A stretch of 64,000 nucleotides of DNA from Octopus sinensis (Eukaryota), in assembly GCF_006345805.1 (NCBI RefSeq), contig NW_021835992.1, forward strand, positions 248,001 to 312,000. Reading direction: 5' to 3'. Shown here piece after piece: positions 1 through 12,790 of this stretch. Under the pieces are notes generated by a model. The model saw only the letters and a program-made list of their open reading frames with translations. It ran no database searches and was not told the origin of the DNA. Every line of letters begins with the position of its first letter. The stretch's first letter is position 1. A program made the position numbers and the translations under genes.

Positions 1-724
1 ATGAAAACAAGTGCATTTTGACTAACTGAATAATATATTTAATGCTTGGTAGGTTTATTTGGGTTAAGAGGAGAGTTTATCTTTCAGAGATTGAAATTAG
101 ATAATCCTTTTGGCCATATCTCTTTCAAATTTTTTTTAACAGGCTGATAATTGCATAAGCAGCTCATACTATCTGGAAAGTATTTTTGACTCCAAAAGGC
201 ATTTCGTTGTTAATTAAAAAGCGTGTATATTCAAAATGCTTCAGTTCACAATAATAAACTATACTCAACCCTCTCAAATTTGCCACCTCTCAAATTGGCC
301 ATTTTTAACAATTTACTCTTGGAAAATTGAGAATTGGCCATACATTTTGATTTTTTTAATAAATTTGAATTTTATTAATAAAATTTGTCCCACATGTCTT
401 CTCGTAATAATTATACTCGTCTGGATTTTAATCAGAAAATAGAAATTTTATCTTAGGAGAATTCTCATTTTTATCACATTTGGCCGAAAGATTTTCTTTT
501 TTTGTTTAATAAAAAAATTTCTCGAAAAACAATCAACAACATTTTTTTGAAAAAAGATTCTCTTCTCAAAGATAGCAAGATACACAATCTAGCCTCAAAA
601 AAGTATCAAATCTTAAGATTCCTGAACTTGAGCTAAAATTCGTTGAGGGATGGATTTGATTGAGTTTAGAGGTATCTTATTTAGGGTCTAATATTTAGGC
701 GGTTTTCTTAATGATGCCTTAATT

Positions 725-945
725 TCTAGTAAAGCAATGTTTTTTGCGCACTAATTTAAACTAGTAAATTTAAAAAACAACATGGATTTCGAATGCGAAA
801 ATTGCATGGATAAATGAAAACAGACGATCCTGTTGACATCGAGTCTTTTATTTCTAAATTTCGTGAAGTTTCACAGAGATACAATGATGATCAAATTTAC
901 AACTTAGATAAAACTGGATTGTTTATAAAATTATTCCTTCAAAAT
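725..945 (+). mobile_element. Decayed pogo/Tigger-like DDE transposase fragment
   Basis: Translation ...FREVSQRYNDDQIYNLDKTGLFIKLF matches the pogo-family IYNxDETGLFxK motif; stops and frameshifts upstream. Boundaries approximate. Confidence 0.55.
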
Positions 946-984
946 CCATTAGTTTGTTTTTCCATGGTATATTAATAGACGTGT

Positions 985-1130
985 AGTCTTCAAATTCCAC
1001 TTTCATTGCTTCCTTCAGCTTCATCTCATTAATGACCAAGATGTCAGACTTTGCTGAGGTTAGGAGGAGCCTTAGCTCCGACGTCTCGCAAACGAGCGGG
1101 CAATCGTGATCGTTAGTACGACCAATCCTA
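985..1130 (-). mobile_element. LINE APE endonuclease N-terminal remnant
   Basis: Minus strand reads KSDILVINEMKLKEAMKVEFEDYTS, resembling the APE DILxxxETKL motif. Confidence 0.35.
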
Positions 1131-1267
1131 TTAATTTATAATTTTTTAAAGAAAAAAGCCAATTTATCGCGAATCTATTTTTTTATTAACAAATAAAATT
1201 CAACAAATATATTAATTCAATGTCTAACAATTAAGTTATTTAAAATAAAATATTACGTTTAATTATA

Positions 1268-2083
1268 ATGCTTCCGCTTGTTTTACTTTTTGTTCACTTT
1301 GTGATTCAAAGTGACTGTGACTTATCAAAAGAGTTTTTGAAAATTGCTTATTTTAAATTAGAAATTTGAAGAACTGTGAATTCAATGGAGAACATGTTGC
1401 GGGACATGGAAGAACAGTTTCAATTCGTAGAGGCGTTACATTCCCCAATGGAGAAATATTCTCGAATCTAACCAACTTGCAGACATTGTAATCAACATTT
1501 CATTAATATCAGTATTTGTCATGGAGACTCCTTAAAGAGAATATTAAGCAACTCATTTGATAGTTTGGATCAATTATCCTCTATGTACATTTAAATTTTT
1601 TGAATAATTAGAACACTGTATTATTGCGAAAACCTTCGTTATCTCAGTGTAGATACCTTTGCACGTCTACGCAGTTTTGAATATATGTACAAATCTTATT
1701 TTTACATCAAAGTGTCATGCCATCAAATACCATTTTTCAGCCGCCAAAATTCACTTATTCCCAAGAATCTTTCCTAACCATTAAGTATTTTAAATTACTC
1801 ACTGTGTAGTATATTGGAGGGGCAAAAAATGTGCAAATTCAACAATGGGTCCCAACCAACAATGTATACTTAGATATTCTTATATAAGAATTGTGACGAA
1901 TAGTGAAAGTTTGCTACCAATGTATTTAAATGACACAAGTGTAAGAATAAATTCAAGTCCAACTCAAGAGATAACATTAATTGTGGAGGAAGCATATGGT
2001 GCGTTAGTATACTCACAATAGATTGCAACCTCTGCCGCCATCCTGGTTCAACCAATCTTCTATGTAGAGAGGATTGTACCTAA
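1268..2083 (+). CDS. Secreted small leucine-rich-repeat protein, copy 1 (211 aa, 8 exons)
   Basis: Seven GT-AG introns (29,25,27,26,25,25,23 nt) give an uninterrupted 636-nt frame: MLPLVLLFVHFVIQSDCD (signal-like)...IFSNLTNLQTF-ICHGDSLKRILSNSFDSLDQLSSI-TLYYCENLRYLSVDTFARLRSFEYI...DCNLCRHPGSTNLLCREDCT*. LRR-type LxxIxxxxFxxLxxL periodicity. Confidence 0.8.
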
Positions 2084-2158
2084 TAAAATATTCGGATGTT
2101 ATTAATCAACTAACTTGATTATTCATTTCCTTGTTCCTTTTTTAATCTTTAATTAGTG

Positions 2159-2520
2159 TTACATGCACTAATCACAAAGATATACACTTGATTTTGGAGA
2201 GATACATGTCAAGCAGTAAGATTTGGCCTCTTGTAAAATGACCTTTTCGATTGTAATCTTCCTTGGTGTCTTAATCCTGTTATAAACAGCTTTTATTTTA
2301 TAATTAAGGAGATTCAGATAATTATTTCTCGCAGTCCTGTAATGTCGGATTTTCTCAATATTCCCTGCATTAACATATTTGCGATTGATTTTTTATTCTA
2401 ATATTTCCTTGTTTCTTTTTCCTCTTTATATCGATCAAAGACAGATTTAAACAACTTATTCTGCCAAACACGTCTCCATGGCTATAGTCAGTGGCAATCT
2501 TCAGGCTATCCGTCTATAAA
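2159..2520 (-). pseudogene. Possible divergent remnant of the LRR-family C-terminus, convergent with copy 1
   Basis: Minus strand ...VILQEAKSYCLTCISPKSSVYLCD*CM* has Cys spacing like LIVEEAYDCNLCRHPGSTNLLCREDCT*; upstream exons not resolved. Confidence 0.25.
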
Positions 2521-2699
2521 CATTTTTATTTTTGTGAATGAAAATTTTTTATCGTTGTACAGTCCCGTGCGATGAAAAGAAGCCACCTAAAGTATATTTC
2601 TAGAAATACTCGAAACTCGTATTTAGAGAATTGACCTTACTTGGACCGTGACAATTAATTTAATTTTAGTAAAATATTATAAATGAATTCTCTCTTTGG

Positions 2700-3330
2700 A
2701 AATTATAATTCGATTTCCGTTTTCGCAGTGTTTTATTCCATCAATCTCAACTTCTTAGGGCCCACATTCAGTGCACGGATGGGCAGATTCATGTCAACGC
2801 GCAGTCTAGATTCAGGGCTACCTCTTCAACAGACATCGATAACCCGTGCCTTGTCTCGGTTTGCATGCTTTCTAAGGTCTTCCGCAACACCAATGTCTGG
2901 ATGTATGTCTTCATCCTGTCCTCCACGCCAAGCACTGACAGATGATTTTTGAAGTATTTTGACAATATTCTGTCCCAAGTCATGACGACAGGAACGATCT
3001 TTACTTTTTCCTGGTGGATCGCTTACAGTTCATTCCCAGCAAGTCGTATTTGTGAAACTTTTCAATTTCGACCTGTTTGAGTCAATTTTGTGAAGTGATC
3101 CCCACCTCGATAAGAGTAATTGTGTTGCTCGATTTGTCGTGAACAAATATGTCGAGTTTGTTATTTGGGATAGCATTATCAGTCTGGAGGTTTGTATCGA
3201 CTCGGATTTCCACAAATTCATTGCTGGTAACAGATTGGACTGAATGGGTTAATTTTTTCGACTTTTTAATTCCATATTGGCGACATAGATGTAAATGCAA
3301 GCATTTGACCTCTTCGTTATAAACAAACAT
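2700..3330 (-). mobile_element. 3' fragment of RLE-type (R4/Dong-like) non-LTR retrotransposon
   Basis: CLHLHLCRQYGIKKSKKLTHSVQSV...EIRVDT...NKLDIFVHDK...LIEVGITSQN, then TWDRI...KTYIQTLVLRKTLES; homologous to the intact element at 14163-17772. Confidence 0.85.
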
Positions 3331-4799
3331 ATTTTTAAGTCAAAAAATTAATAGTCTGGGCAGCACAATCCAAAATTTTTTTAATCCGGTCCTTAAAGAA
3401 ATGAGTTTGACACTCCTGATCTAGACAATCGTGTTTGTCATATAAATAATGAATGAAAATTAAGTAGTTGATAAAATACAAATTCTCTTGTAAAATAAAC
3501 TATATTCAGAATATTTTACAGGTACTCAATTTGATTAATTTTCAACTTTAACTAAACAAAATATGATAAAAATGAAGCATTTGCAACAATCAAAGATAGA
3601 ATAAGAAACTAAAAACACGTGAAAAGATTACAAAGTGATACATGTGAAAAAGTTATTATTTTTAATTTGATAAATAAAGAGCATTTAAAAATTAAAATAA
3701 ACAAGCTTAAGTGACGTCAATCATTTCAAATTCCTCTACTAATGTTTTTTAGAAGATTCACCTCATTTTCGAAGTGATTATAGAACATAGAAGTTGATGG
3801 AGCAAAGGAAAAGTGAGTATATTTTTATTTGCAGAAATGACCATTAATATTTTACATAAATTTTTATACTTATTTTTTGTTTTAAACTTGATAAAAAGTA
3901 CATTCTAATAAGTATTTTTTAGAGTTTTCATATTTATTTTAGCAAGCATTAATCCCAAAACGTCTTGTAAATTTTATAGGTGTTTTTATAGTTTTTAATA
4001 CCTCTCGTCTGACTATTCCTTAATTTGATTCTATTGTCCAGCAGAACAAAGTAGTCCATCTTCTGCCACATGAATCAGGCTTAACTGAGAAATACAAGTT
4101 CAGTCCGCCCACTCCGCTTCCACAATTACATAATTCAGTGATTTGAAGCTTTACTACTATGCATTGTTCAACTTGTTCTCCTCCAATACTGCGACATGCG
4201 CCTCTTGGCATCGTTCAGAACACTACTTGATTTTGTAAATTTTCCTAGACATGTATTTTTTTATTTGTTAAGTTTTGTAAACCAAATCAATTCATTCTGG
4301 TGGTCCTGAGTTGATCTTCTTTGACCTGGGTTAGGGGTAATTGGGCCACCGAGTCTATTTCGAGGACAATCTCGCATTGTATAAAACTCGATCAACCATT
4401 TCTCGCAAATTTTCAGATACTCGACCTCTTCATAGGCTTCCGTCCTTGGTCAAAATTAGGATCAGGATTGTCTCAATCATCTTTTTTGATTTTTGTTTCT
4501 ACGTCACGGTTAGTCCCCAAATAGATATATCCCACCACTTTATTTACGAGTTTTTTTAGAATTAGTCAATATTGGCCATTGCATTCTACGTTTTTGAGGT
4601 ATTTTTTTTAAATTATATGAGAATTTTGGCGAGAAACAATGGTTGAAAGGGTAGGTGGTTGGTTCATTTGTTAGTTTATTGACGATGTGTGTTTTCTTTA
4701 ATTTATTAATATTAATTATTTATTTCTAACAAGGAATTATTTTAATAAAATTTTAAATAATTTATTCTCTTGTGTTTTATAGTATGGCTAAATTTGGAG

Positions 4800-7555
4800 A
4801 TTACCCCAAATTCAACCACTAATATTGATGAATCAGGAAAAGTGAGTCATTTCTCAAGTGGATGTGGTGCAAACCTGTTCTCTTGTTGCAAATTGACATT
4901 TATGCAACAGTTGGAAGAAATATTATTGATTGATCATTCCCTTCGACCATGTACAAAAAAGCTCCCTATTCAAAACTAAACTTTCCTTTACTGGAGTGTC
5001 TGAATCGTGTAGTAGCTGCATATATCAAAGAGAACCCCCCTAATTCAATGTATCAGATTTCAACAATCGTTTACGTTGGACAAGTGTGTTATCAAATATT
5101 GAGCACGAAGAATTTTGAAAAGTCTCTGTGGAAAAATAATATGGAGAGCAAAATTGAGCAATGGAAAACAAAACTGGGCTATATTGAGAAGGCGTATCAG
5201 CCGAGGTCCAAAAGTGTTTATTTGAAGAGACAGTTAAATATTTGTCAAATTGGAAACCCCCAGGCTGTGATGGAGTCTATAATTTCTTCTTGAAGAAGTT
5301 TACATCACTTCATGATTCAATCTCTCAGCAAATCCTTAATGTCATTAGTGGAAAAACCATTCCAGGAAATTGGTTCTATACAGGGGTCACACACCTGATC
5401 CCAAAGTGCGAAGATCCAAGGTCTCCAAAGGAATTGCGGCCTATAACATGTATGCCGTCTCTCTATAAACTGATGACTAAATGTGTAAATACCAAACTTT
5501 GTGAATATGTGGAAGCTTACGACCTCCTCTCAGAAAACCAATTGGGGACGAGGAGAATATGCCAAGGTGCGAAAGAGCAAGCAATAGTTAACAAAGAGAT
5601 CAACAGATCAAACGATTACAAGCTACACTCTGCATGGATTGATGTTAAAAAAGCATTTGACTCAGTGGATCATTCTTTTTTACTACAAATTTTGGAAAAG
5701 TCTGGGATACCTGGATTGATTGTAAAATTTGTCGAGTCGCTGATTACTAAATGGAGTGTCAAACTCAGACTAAATAACAAATATATTCGAGATGTACGAA
5801 TTGAACGGGGAATCCTCCAAGGAGACACCTATGCTGTTTGTCCTTGTGTTGGACCCACTGAGCCGCCTATTATCTTCTAAGTTTCCGAAGGTCTCTATGG
5901 GGCGAGAAAATCAGATCACACCGTTTTCGACAAATCATCTTCTTTTCATTGATGATTTGAAACTTGTTTCGAAGAGTGAAAATGTTATTGTCAAAATGAT
6001 GGAAGAGGTGAATTTCCATGCGGTTGGGCTGGAGAAAAATTTGGAAAAGTCGCCCACGAATACCTACTTGTTGTCAGAAGAGGCAAGAGTTCTTGATGGA
6101 ATTGATGGATACAAATACCTTGGAGTGCTTGTAAGCTCAACTGGGAAAATCTAGAAACAGAATATGCTGAAAATCATTTTGGAAGAAGTAATTATGCGGA
6201 TAGAGAGGCTAGAAAATACTAAATTGAACGGAGTAAACTTATTCAAAGCAATTAATGAACACGCTCTTTCATTGTACAATTATTACATCGGACTAGTTGA
6301 TATTGAGCCATTTGAATTCGAAATGGTAGACGATACAATTCGGTTAAAATTAACTGAATACAGAATACACCTCCAACCAGCAAACAAACAGAGATTATAT
6401 CTTCCTCGTAAAAATTTTGGGAGAGGATTACGCTCAATTTCTTTTCTAAGTGAAAGTATGCTCCTTGGACTCCTTTTGGACTTAAAACGCAGAAGTGGTG
6501 CTTGCAAAAGAAGCTTTTCGATTCTTCATGCCGAAATGTTGGAAAAAACTCATCTGGCCACTATTGAAGAATACTTGAAGCACAAATATTCTTTAAAAGA
6601 TTCACTTTTACTGGAAAAAACTGTTGTCATATGCGCAGAACAAACGCCTACTGGATCAGACCTTTTCAAAAAGTCTTTACTCAATTCTCTATAAAAATTC
6701 TAAGGAAGATTTCGTGAAGGTTGAAGATTCCAGTCACTGGCTAGCCAGAGGCAATAATTCTCCACGGTCAGAAGGCTTGTTCTGTCTTCTACAGGATAGA
6801 AATTTATTCTTTGCAGACCACGATTTAATGTGTCCACACTGTATGAAATGGAAGAAGACTGTCGACCACTGTGCTACCAGATGTGAAAAGATGCTGCATG
6901 GGGACTATGTTAGAAGGCATAATGAAGTAGTTAGGTGTATTCATTTTCATTTATGTCGAGAATTCGGACTCAAGAATCTGAAAACTCACTCTGTACAAAC
7001 TGTGTCTGTTAATGAGTTTGTCGAAATCAAAGTGGACACCTTCATTAAAACAGACATAATACTAGAACATAACAAGCCCGATTTGTTTGTCTTTGACAAG
7101 AAGAACAACCGGATATTCCTGATTGAGGTTGGGATAACATCTGCCCCAAACCTACAACAAGTGGAGGTAGAAAAACTTAGAAAGTATGACCTTCTATCAA
7201 AAGAACTGGAGTTGATATATCATGCCAATGTGAAAATAGTACCGATTGTATTAACTTGGGACGGACTTGTCACTTCAAAATTCCAACAGTATGCACAATC
7301 GTTGAACATCAATGAGAGAACACATGCGTATATACAATCACTCACTATCAAAAAACCCTTGAGAGCATGATTGTTTCCTATAAGAACAGAATTGAGCCAT
7401 GCCAAAGGACTCTCGAACTGGACAAAAGAATAAAAGTTATTTATCGACAAATAGATATGACCATAGCACTTCCCAAGGAAAGAGGCTGGCATCCTTACCT
7501 GAGGGAATATCAGAATAGAGGAAGTAATGAACAGATTGAGAAAATTATACTTTAA
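4800..7555 (+). mobile_element. Degenerate RLE-type non-LTR retrotransposon (RT, CCHC, RLE), frameshifted
   Basis: Consecutive ORFs with LRPITCMPSLYK, WIDVKKAFDS, GILQGD, HLLFIDDLKL, CPHC...TVDHCATRC, KPDLFV...LIEVGITS; several frameshifts; A-run near 7588-7596. Confidence 0.9.
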
Positions 7556-7651
7556 TTAATACTTAATTGATTCAATATTTTCATTATAAAAAAAATTAAT
7601 ACAATGTCTAACCAATGAGTTACTGACAATAAAATGTGACGTATAATCATA

Positions 7652-8458
7652 ATGATTTCACTTTCCCTCCTTTTTGTTAACATAGTGATTCAACGTGAAT
7701 GCGACTTTACACGAAAGTTTTTGAAGAATTGTTTATTTTTAATTAGTTATTTGTCAAACTGCGAATTCAGTGGAGAAAATTTTGTGCAAAATCTATCATT
7801 TATTGGACTTCGAGACGGCGTTAAATTTCTCAATGGAGAAATATTCTCCAATTTTTCCAGCTTGACAAATTTGTAACAAAAATTTTATTAATATCAGTTA
7901 CTGTGATGGAAATTCGTTAAGGAGAATATTAATCAACTCGTTTGATGGTTTGAATAAATTAATAATAATGTAAATTTAATTTTTTAAATCATTAGAGAAT
8001 TGCATGACTGTAGTAACATGAGTTACGTAAACATGGACGCGTTTTCACGTTTAGAAGGTTTACGTTTTCTGTAACAATCTTATTTTAACATTGCAGTACA
8101 ATGCCGAGGAATGCCATTTTTCAGCTTCCAAAAATAAGTAATCAGAACTTTCAAATTTAGTATTATAAATTATTTAAAGTTTAGTTTTCGGGGAGGTCAG
8201 AAAATTTGCATATCCACTTATGATTCTCAACCAGGAATGTATATTTAGATATTATAATAATAAAATGATGAATGAGGGAGAAAATTCTATTTTATTAACT
8301 TTGTATCTTGACAAAGTTGGTATAGCTGGACGTTTTAATAGAATATTAACATTAAAAACAATGGAAGCTTTTGGTAGGCTATTTTACTTACAATAGACTG
8401 CAACCGTTGTCCTTATCCAATATCCGATAATCTGTTATGCAACGAGAGTTGCCCTTAA
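7652..8458 (+). CDS. Secreted small LRR protein, copy 2 (208 aa if intron 6 is spliced; its acceptor is AA)
   Basis: Same exon/intron layout as copy 1 (introns 30,25,26,26,25,25,23 nt): MISLSLLFVNIVIQRECD...CDGNSLRRILINSFDGLNKL...DCNRCPYPISDNLLCNESCP*. Intron 6 (8239-8263) ends in AA, not AG. Confidence 0.7.
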
Positions 8459-8589
8459 TTAAAAATTCGGATGTTACTAATGAACTAACATGATTATTCA
8501 TTAAATATTTTCCTGTTCTTAATTAATGGCAATGCAATTGAACAAATTGTTTATTTAACACAGGTCTAAATTTATGACCAGTCATTACA

Positions 8590-8990
8590 CTTAACAATTG
8601 ACGGATATTAAGTCTGTTACAAACTGTGCATTTGATGGAGAAAATGTTGATGATCATTCACGCGAAATTGAAATTAGGGGAGAGCATTACATTTCCCAGT
8701 GAAACAATATTCTCGAATTTAACCAACTTGATAGCATTGTATGGACTTATCACTGTTCTGGAGACTCAAGAATACTAAACAACTCATTTGATAGTTTGAA
8801 TAGCTTAGAATTAATGTAAAGTGAATATAGACATCTGTAACAATCTTATTTCAACATTAAAGTTTCATGCCTTTGAATGCCATTTTTCAGTTTCCACAAA
8901 TCGCTCAACTTGGACTATTTATTGAGAATTTAGATTACTCACTCTGTAAAAATTTTGGGGGCCTGAAAATATGCCTATTCACGAATGGAT
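8590..8990 (+). pseudogene. Decayed third copy of the LRR gene
   Basis: KSVTNCAFDGENVDDHSREIEIR...FPSETIFSNLTNLIAL...NNSFDSLNSL; internal deletions and frameshifts. Downstream flank 9040-9150 resembles 2320-2410. Confidence 0.7.
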
Positions 8991-10199
8991 GACGGAGAGT
9001 GTTCTGATATTCTTTTGTTTATGACGGAGAGTGTTCTGATAATTATTTCTTACAGTCCTGTGATGTAGGGATTTTCTTTGCAAAAATATGCCTGCATTTA
9101 CATTAACATTAATAATTATTCAATATGAATTTATAATATTTCCTTGTTGCTAAATAGTGGAAATTGTTTTAAAATCAATTTCATCTCGAATATTTTTTGA
9201 AGGTTTTATTTAATAGATAAAAATAAAATGTCATCGTTTGGGACCGATCAAAAAATCGCCGGATTCGAGAGGCAATTTAAATAATATTTTATAGTTGAAA
9301 CATAAGCTTACAATATAGATTACATAAAATTATTTATATTCAACAAAATCAGAAATTTTATGTTTTTTAATTAATTTTCTTAACATTTCCCCAATCGGCA
9401 TAATATTTTCGTGATCATCTATATCTGCATTTACCTGAGAAGGATAAGTTTTAATAATCTCTAGAGCTCTGAAAGCTTCTAAAAGATTAACTCTTTTCTC
9501 ATTTGATTCCTCTTCAATAATTGTTTCCTAAGTATAATTATAAAATGATTGAACTTTTTTTGACTGTAATGTATTAGTAATGTAATTTTTTTTTTTTTTT
9601 TTAATTTATAAACTTTTTTTACAGTCAAATTAATTAATAGAGAATTAATGTCGTGAACTTGAGGGTTAGTCCGACGACGAAGCACTGCGGATAGAGAGGC
9701 AGTTCCCGCGAAGAATTGCAACCGAGTAATGTAATTAATCTCGAATATTTTTGAAGGTCGTCACTGAGCGATTTTGATTTAAAGTCGTTTATAGTTCTCG
9801 GAGAAATTTTCTTTTTAAATCGTAAAGAAAAAATCCTGGACATTTAAAGTGCAGAAACAAATGGGTTGTCAGAAATATACATTGATTCTCAAGATTTTTT
9901 TACTCAGGGGCCGCAAATTAAAAAAATTACAGGGGCCGCAAATAATTTTTAACAATTCGCCTAATTTATGATGCTAGTTGAATTTTTCGTATTGACTATT
10001 TTCTTATTATGTCACAGGCGCTACCGGTTACCGAATGCTCGAATTTAACATTTTAAGAATTTTTTATAAAAATTATATCTAAATTTTCTTAGTTATTATA
10101 TTTAAAATTAAGAAATATATAATTTCATTATTTTAAAAGACGCAGCATTTTATAATTTTTTAATAGATAATTTAACATGCATATTCTATAAAGTTTTTC

Positions 10200-11700
10200 T
10201 TGATGTACCGCTATTTTGTCAAAACTGTCCAAGAGTATGATGATCTAGTTAAAATATTGGAAGAGCAGGGGATCATTGGAATATCTAAACAAAAAATACA
10301 AATTAACTCAAAAGTCGAAGAATCCGGGCGGCTAGATCTTAGAGACTCACGTGGAAACCATAAAATAGTCATTTCTGCAGGAAATCATGAGGAGATGCAA
10401 TTAGTGGCTATGAAAATTAATCAACTGACTCATTGCGGACATAACACCTTGGAATCCATACTTAGCTCTTCAAAAATTAGAGTCTCCATACGGAGAGATT
10501 GTACAAATTTCGAGTATATTGTCAATCAAAATTGTTGAATTACAAATTCCCGACTGAACAATGAAAAAAACGCACATGAAACGAATAAAAAATAAAGATC
10601 ATACATAATCATAATTTTAGTTATAATCAATGTCACCGGTTTTGCCTGGACCCGGCATTTGCTCGTTTCGATGAACTTTTGAATAAGAAGGAAAAATATA
10701 AAGTCAAACAGCATTCAGGAACATTTTCTTTCGTTGATGGAAAAGTTTATATACGAAGAAATGGCCTAAAACTACGATTTGTGTGTATTGAAGAGGCAGA
10801 ACTAAAATTACTAATGATTGAAGTACTGGTTGTATCATCTAAAAATAGTCCGAGCATAATTCTAATCATTTTGGAAATTGTCGACCTTGTCGATTTGCGT
10901 CGATATGTTGAAGTGAATGATTCAAAATCTTGTACTTATTGATTCATTTTCCAAATTTGGTGTTGTTGAGCTGATTAAAAATAAATCTGCTGTTGAGATT
11001 TCTTCTTTATTACAAAATATTTATTACACAATTGGCCTCCCAGTTATTCTAAAAACAGATAACGGAAAGGAATTTAAGAATTCCCATGTAAATGAAATTT
11101 GCAAAAAATGAAAATAAAACATGTTTGCGTAAGGCCCAGAGCATCTCAGATTCATTGCTAGGTTGAAAGGTAAACTACAGTAAATAAATTATCAAACTTT
11201 TTAGATTTAATCAATCTATCAAAAGGTGGATTTCACCTACAAGTAGTTCTAATAGAAATTTTGGCGTCAATAAAGATTTTATCACAGGAATTGTTTATGA
11301 CTATAATTGTTCACGACATGCAACAACAAAGCATATTCCTTTCAATATCTTTATGGGAGTAAAATGCACCAAGTGATGAAGGAATGGAAGCTCTCTGCGC
11401 GTTTAATGGAGAAGATGTTGATGCAGAAATTCAATTTGTTGAAAATGAATTAATCGATGATTAAAATATTACAAAAAATTTGTTATCAACATACGAGAAT
11501 CTAACGAAAGCAGGAGAAAAATGAAAAACAAACGGAAATTGGACCAAAACGGCATTAAGGTTGTTTATCGCGTGTTATGATGTGGATTAAGGTGGGGGAT
11601 AATGTTCTATTATAGCAAGATATTGATGCTAATCCACAGAATAGAAAGTATCCATTATATGATCAAATTGATGCGAAAAAATTGCCAATTTAAATTGTCA
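10200..11700 (+). mobile_element. Decayed rve-integrase DNA element (Ginger-like)
   Basis: H..GHN zinc-binding remnant, VLIDSFSKFG...ILKTDNGKEFKN core, and C-terminal KVGDNVLL..DIDANP; many stops. Confidence 0.65.
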
Positions 11701-12349
11701 TTAAATCAAGTTCTTGTTTGAATTGCTTTTTTCAAATACAACAAACGCTACTGTAAAAAATTTGAAACACATCTCGGATGATTTACAATAAACACTGTAA
11801 AAAGAACTTTATTCGATTTTTCAATAAATAATTGTGTTTATAAACAGATTGGTTCTTTGATCACTGATTTGATCATTTTTCCAACAATCATATAAATTTT
11901 AGATTCCTTCATAATTCGAAATCCGAAGAAAAAGTAGATTTGAATTTTTCGGATTAATGAGGGTTGACTGTATTATCTTAAGTCCACGCTGCTTTTTTTG
12001 TTGTAATTCAGTTTATTTATTTGTTGTGGAAAAATGATATCTGTGTTTATAAAATTGGGGACAAGGTTCTGCGAAGAGTTAGAACCGACAATAATAAAGG
12101 ACCGCGGGAGCGTTCTCTAAATGAACATATAGATACGAGAATATATTATGTCAAAGTTTTCTCACCTAGTGGTATGGTGATAATGGAATCTAAGATGGCC
12201 ATGAAATTCAAAAAGATAGCAAAGACTTGGCCAGTTTAGGAACCAATTAAAAGACTTGTTTTTCTTTAAATGAATTTTTTTTAATATCGTTCTCAGCCTA
12301 GTATCACTCTCAATTAATAGAAACACATTATTAATAGGTCTCTCTGTTC

Positions 12350-12705
12350 AATCAGTGGTTGCGAATAACTCTGTGGAGATTCGTGTCGACACGACAATAA
12401 ACACGGATACGAAGGTTGAGAATAACAAGCCGGATATCCTTGTACTCGACAAAATGAGGAACACAATCACGTTTATAGAGATTGGAATCACCTCTCAAAA
12501 AAATTGAAGCAAGTAGAAGTGGAAAAGCTCCACAAATATGAAATGGAACAACGAAAGAGGCTTTGCCAAGTGAGCCCATTGATTCGAACTTGAGAACGAT
12601 CACAGAAGAGGCCAACCCTGTGAGATGGACAAGTGTGCCATCGAAGAGATTGGCTTTAGCTCAAAGAGGAGGAGAATCGAGTGAGAGGACGCATTAGTAA
12701 GTTCA
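12350..12705 (+). mobile_element. Internally deleted 3' fragment of RLE-type non-LTR element
   Basis: VEIRVDTTINTDTKVENNKPDILVLDKMRNTITFIEIGITS, then jumps to a ...SSKRRRIE* terminus like the intact element. Confidence 0.8.
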
Positions 12706-12734
12706 ATTGATAAATAATTAGTTTTTACCCCCCT

Positions 12735-12790
12735 TGGTAGTCTTGACTGGATTTTTAACACATATCTTCTAACTGGCTTTGAAACCGTAT
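12735..12790 (+). repeat. ~57-bp direct repeat, second copy at 13467-13524
   Basis: ttggtagtcttgactggatttttaacacatatcttct-aactggctttgaaaccgtat versus ttggtggtcttgaatagattttaaacacatatcttctgaactggctttgaaaccgtat. Confidence 0.8.

Noticed and set aside
3560-3910. Gene fragment suggested by intron-like gtgagtatatttttatttgcag
   Set aside because: Flanking frames contain stops and match nothing recognisable.
9185-9760. Solo LTR or TSD suggested by repeated tctcgaatattttt(t)gaagg
   Set aside because: No PBS, PPT, paired LTR or clear TG...CA boundaries could be fixed.
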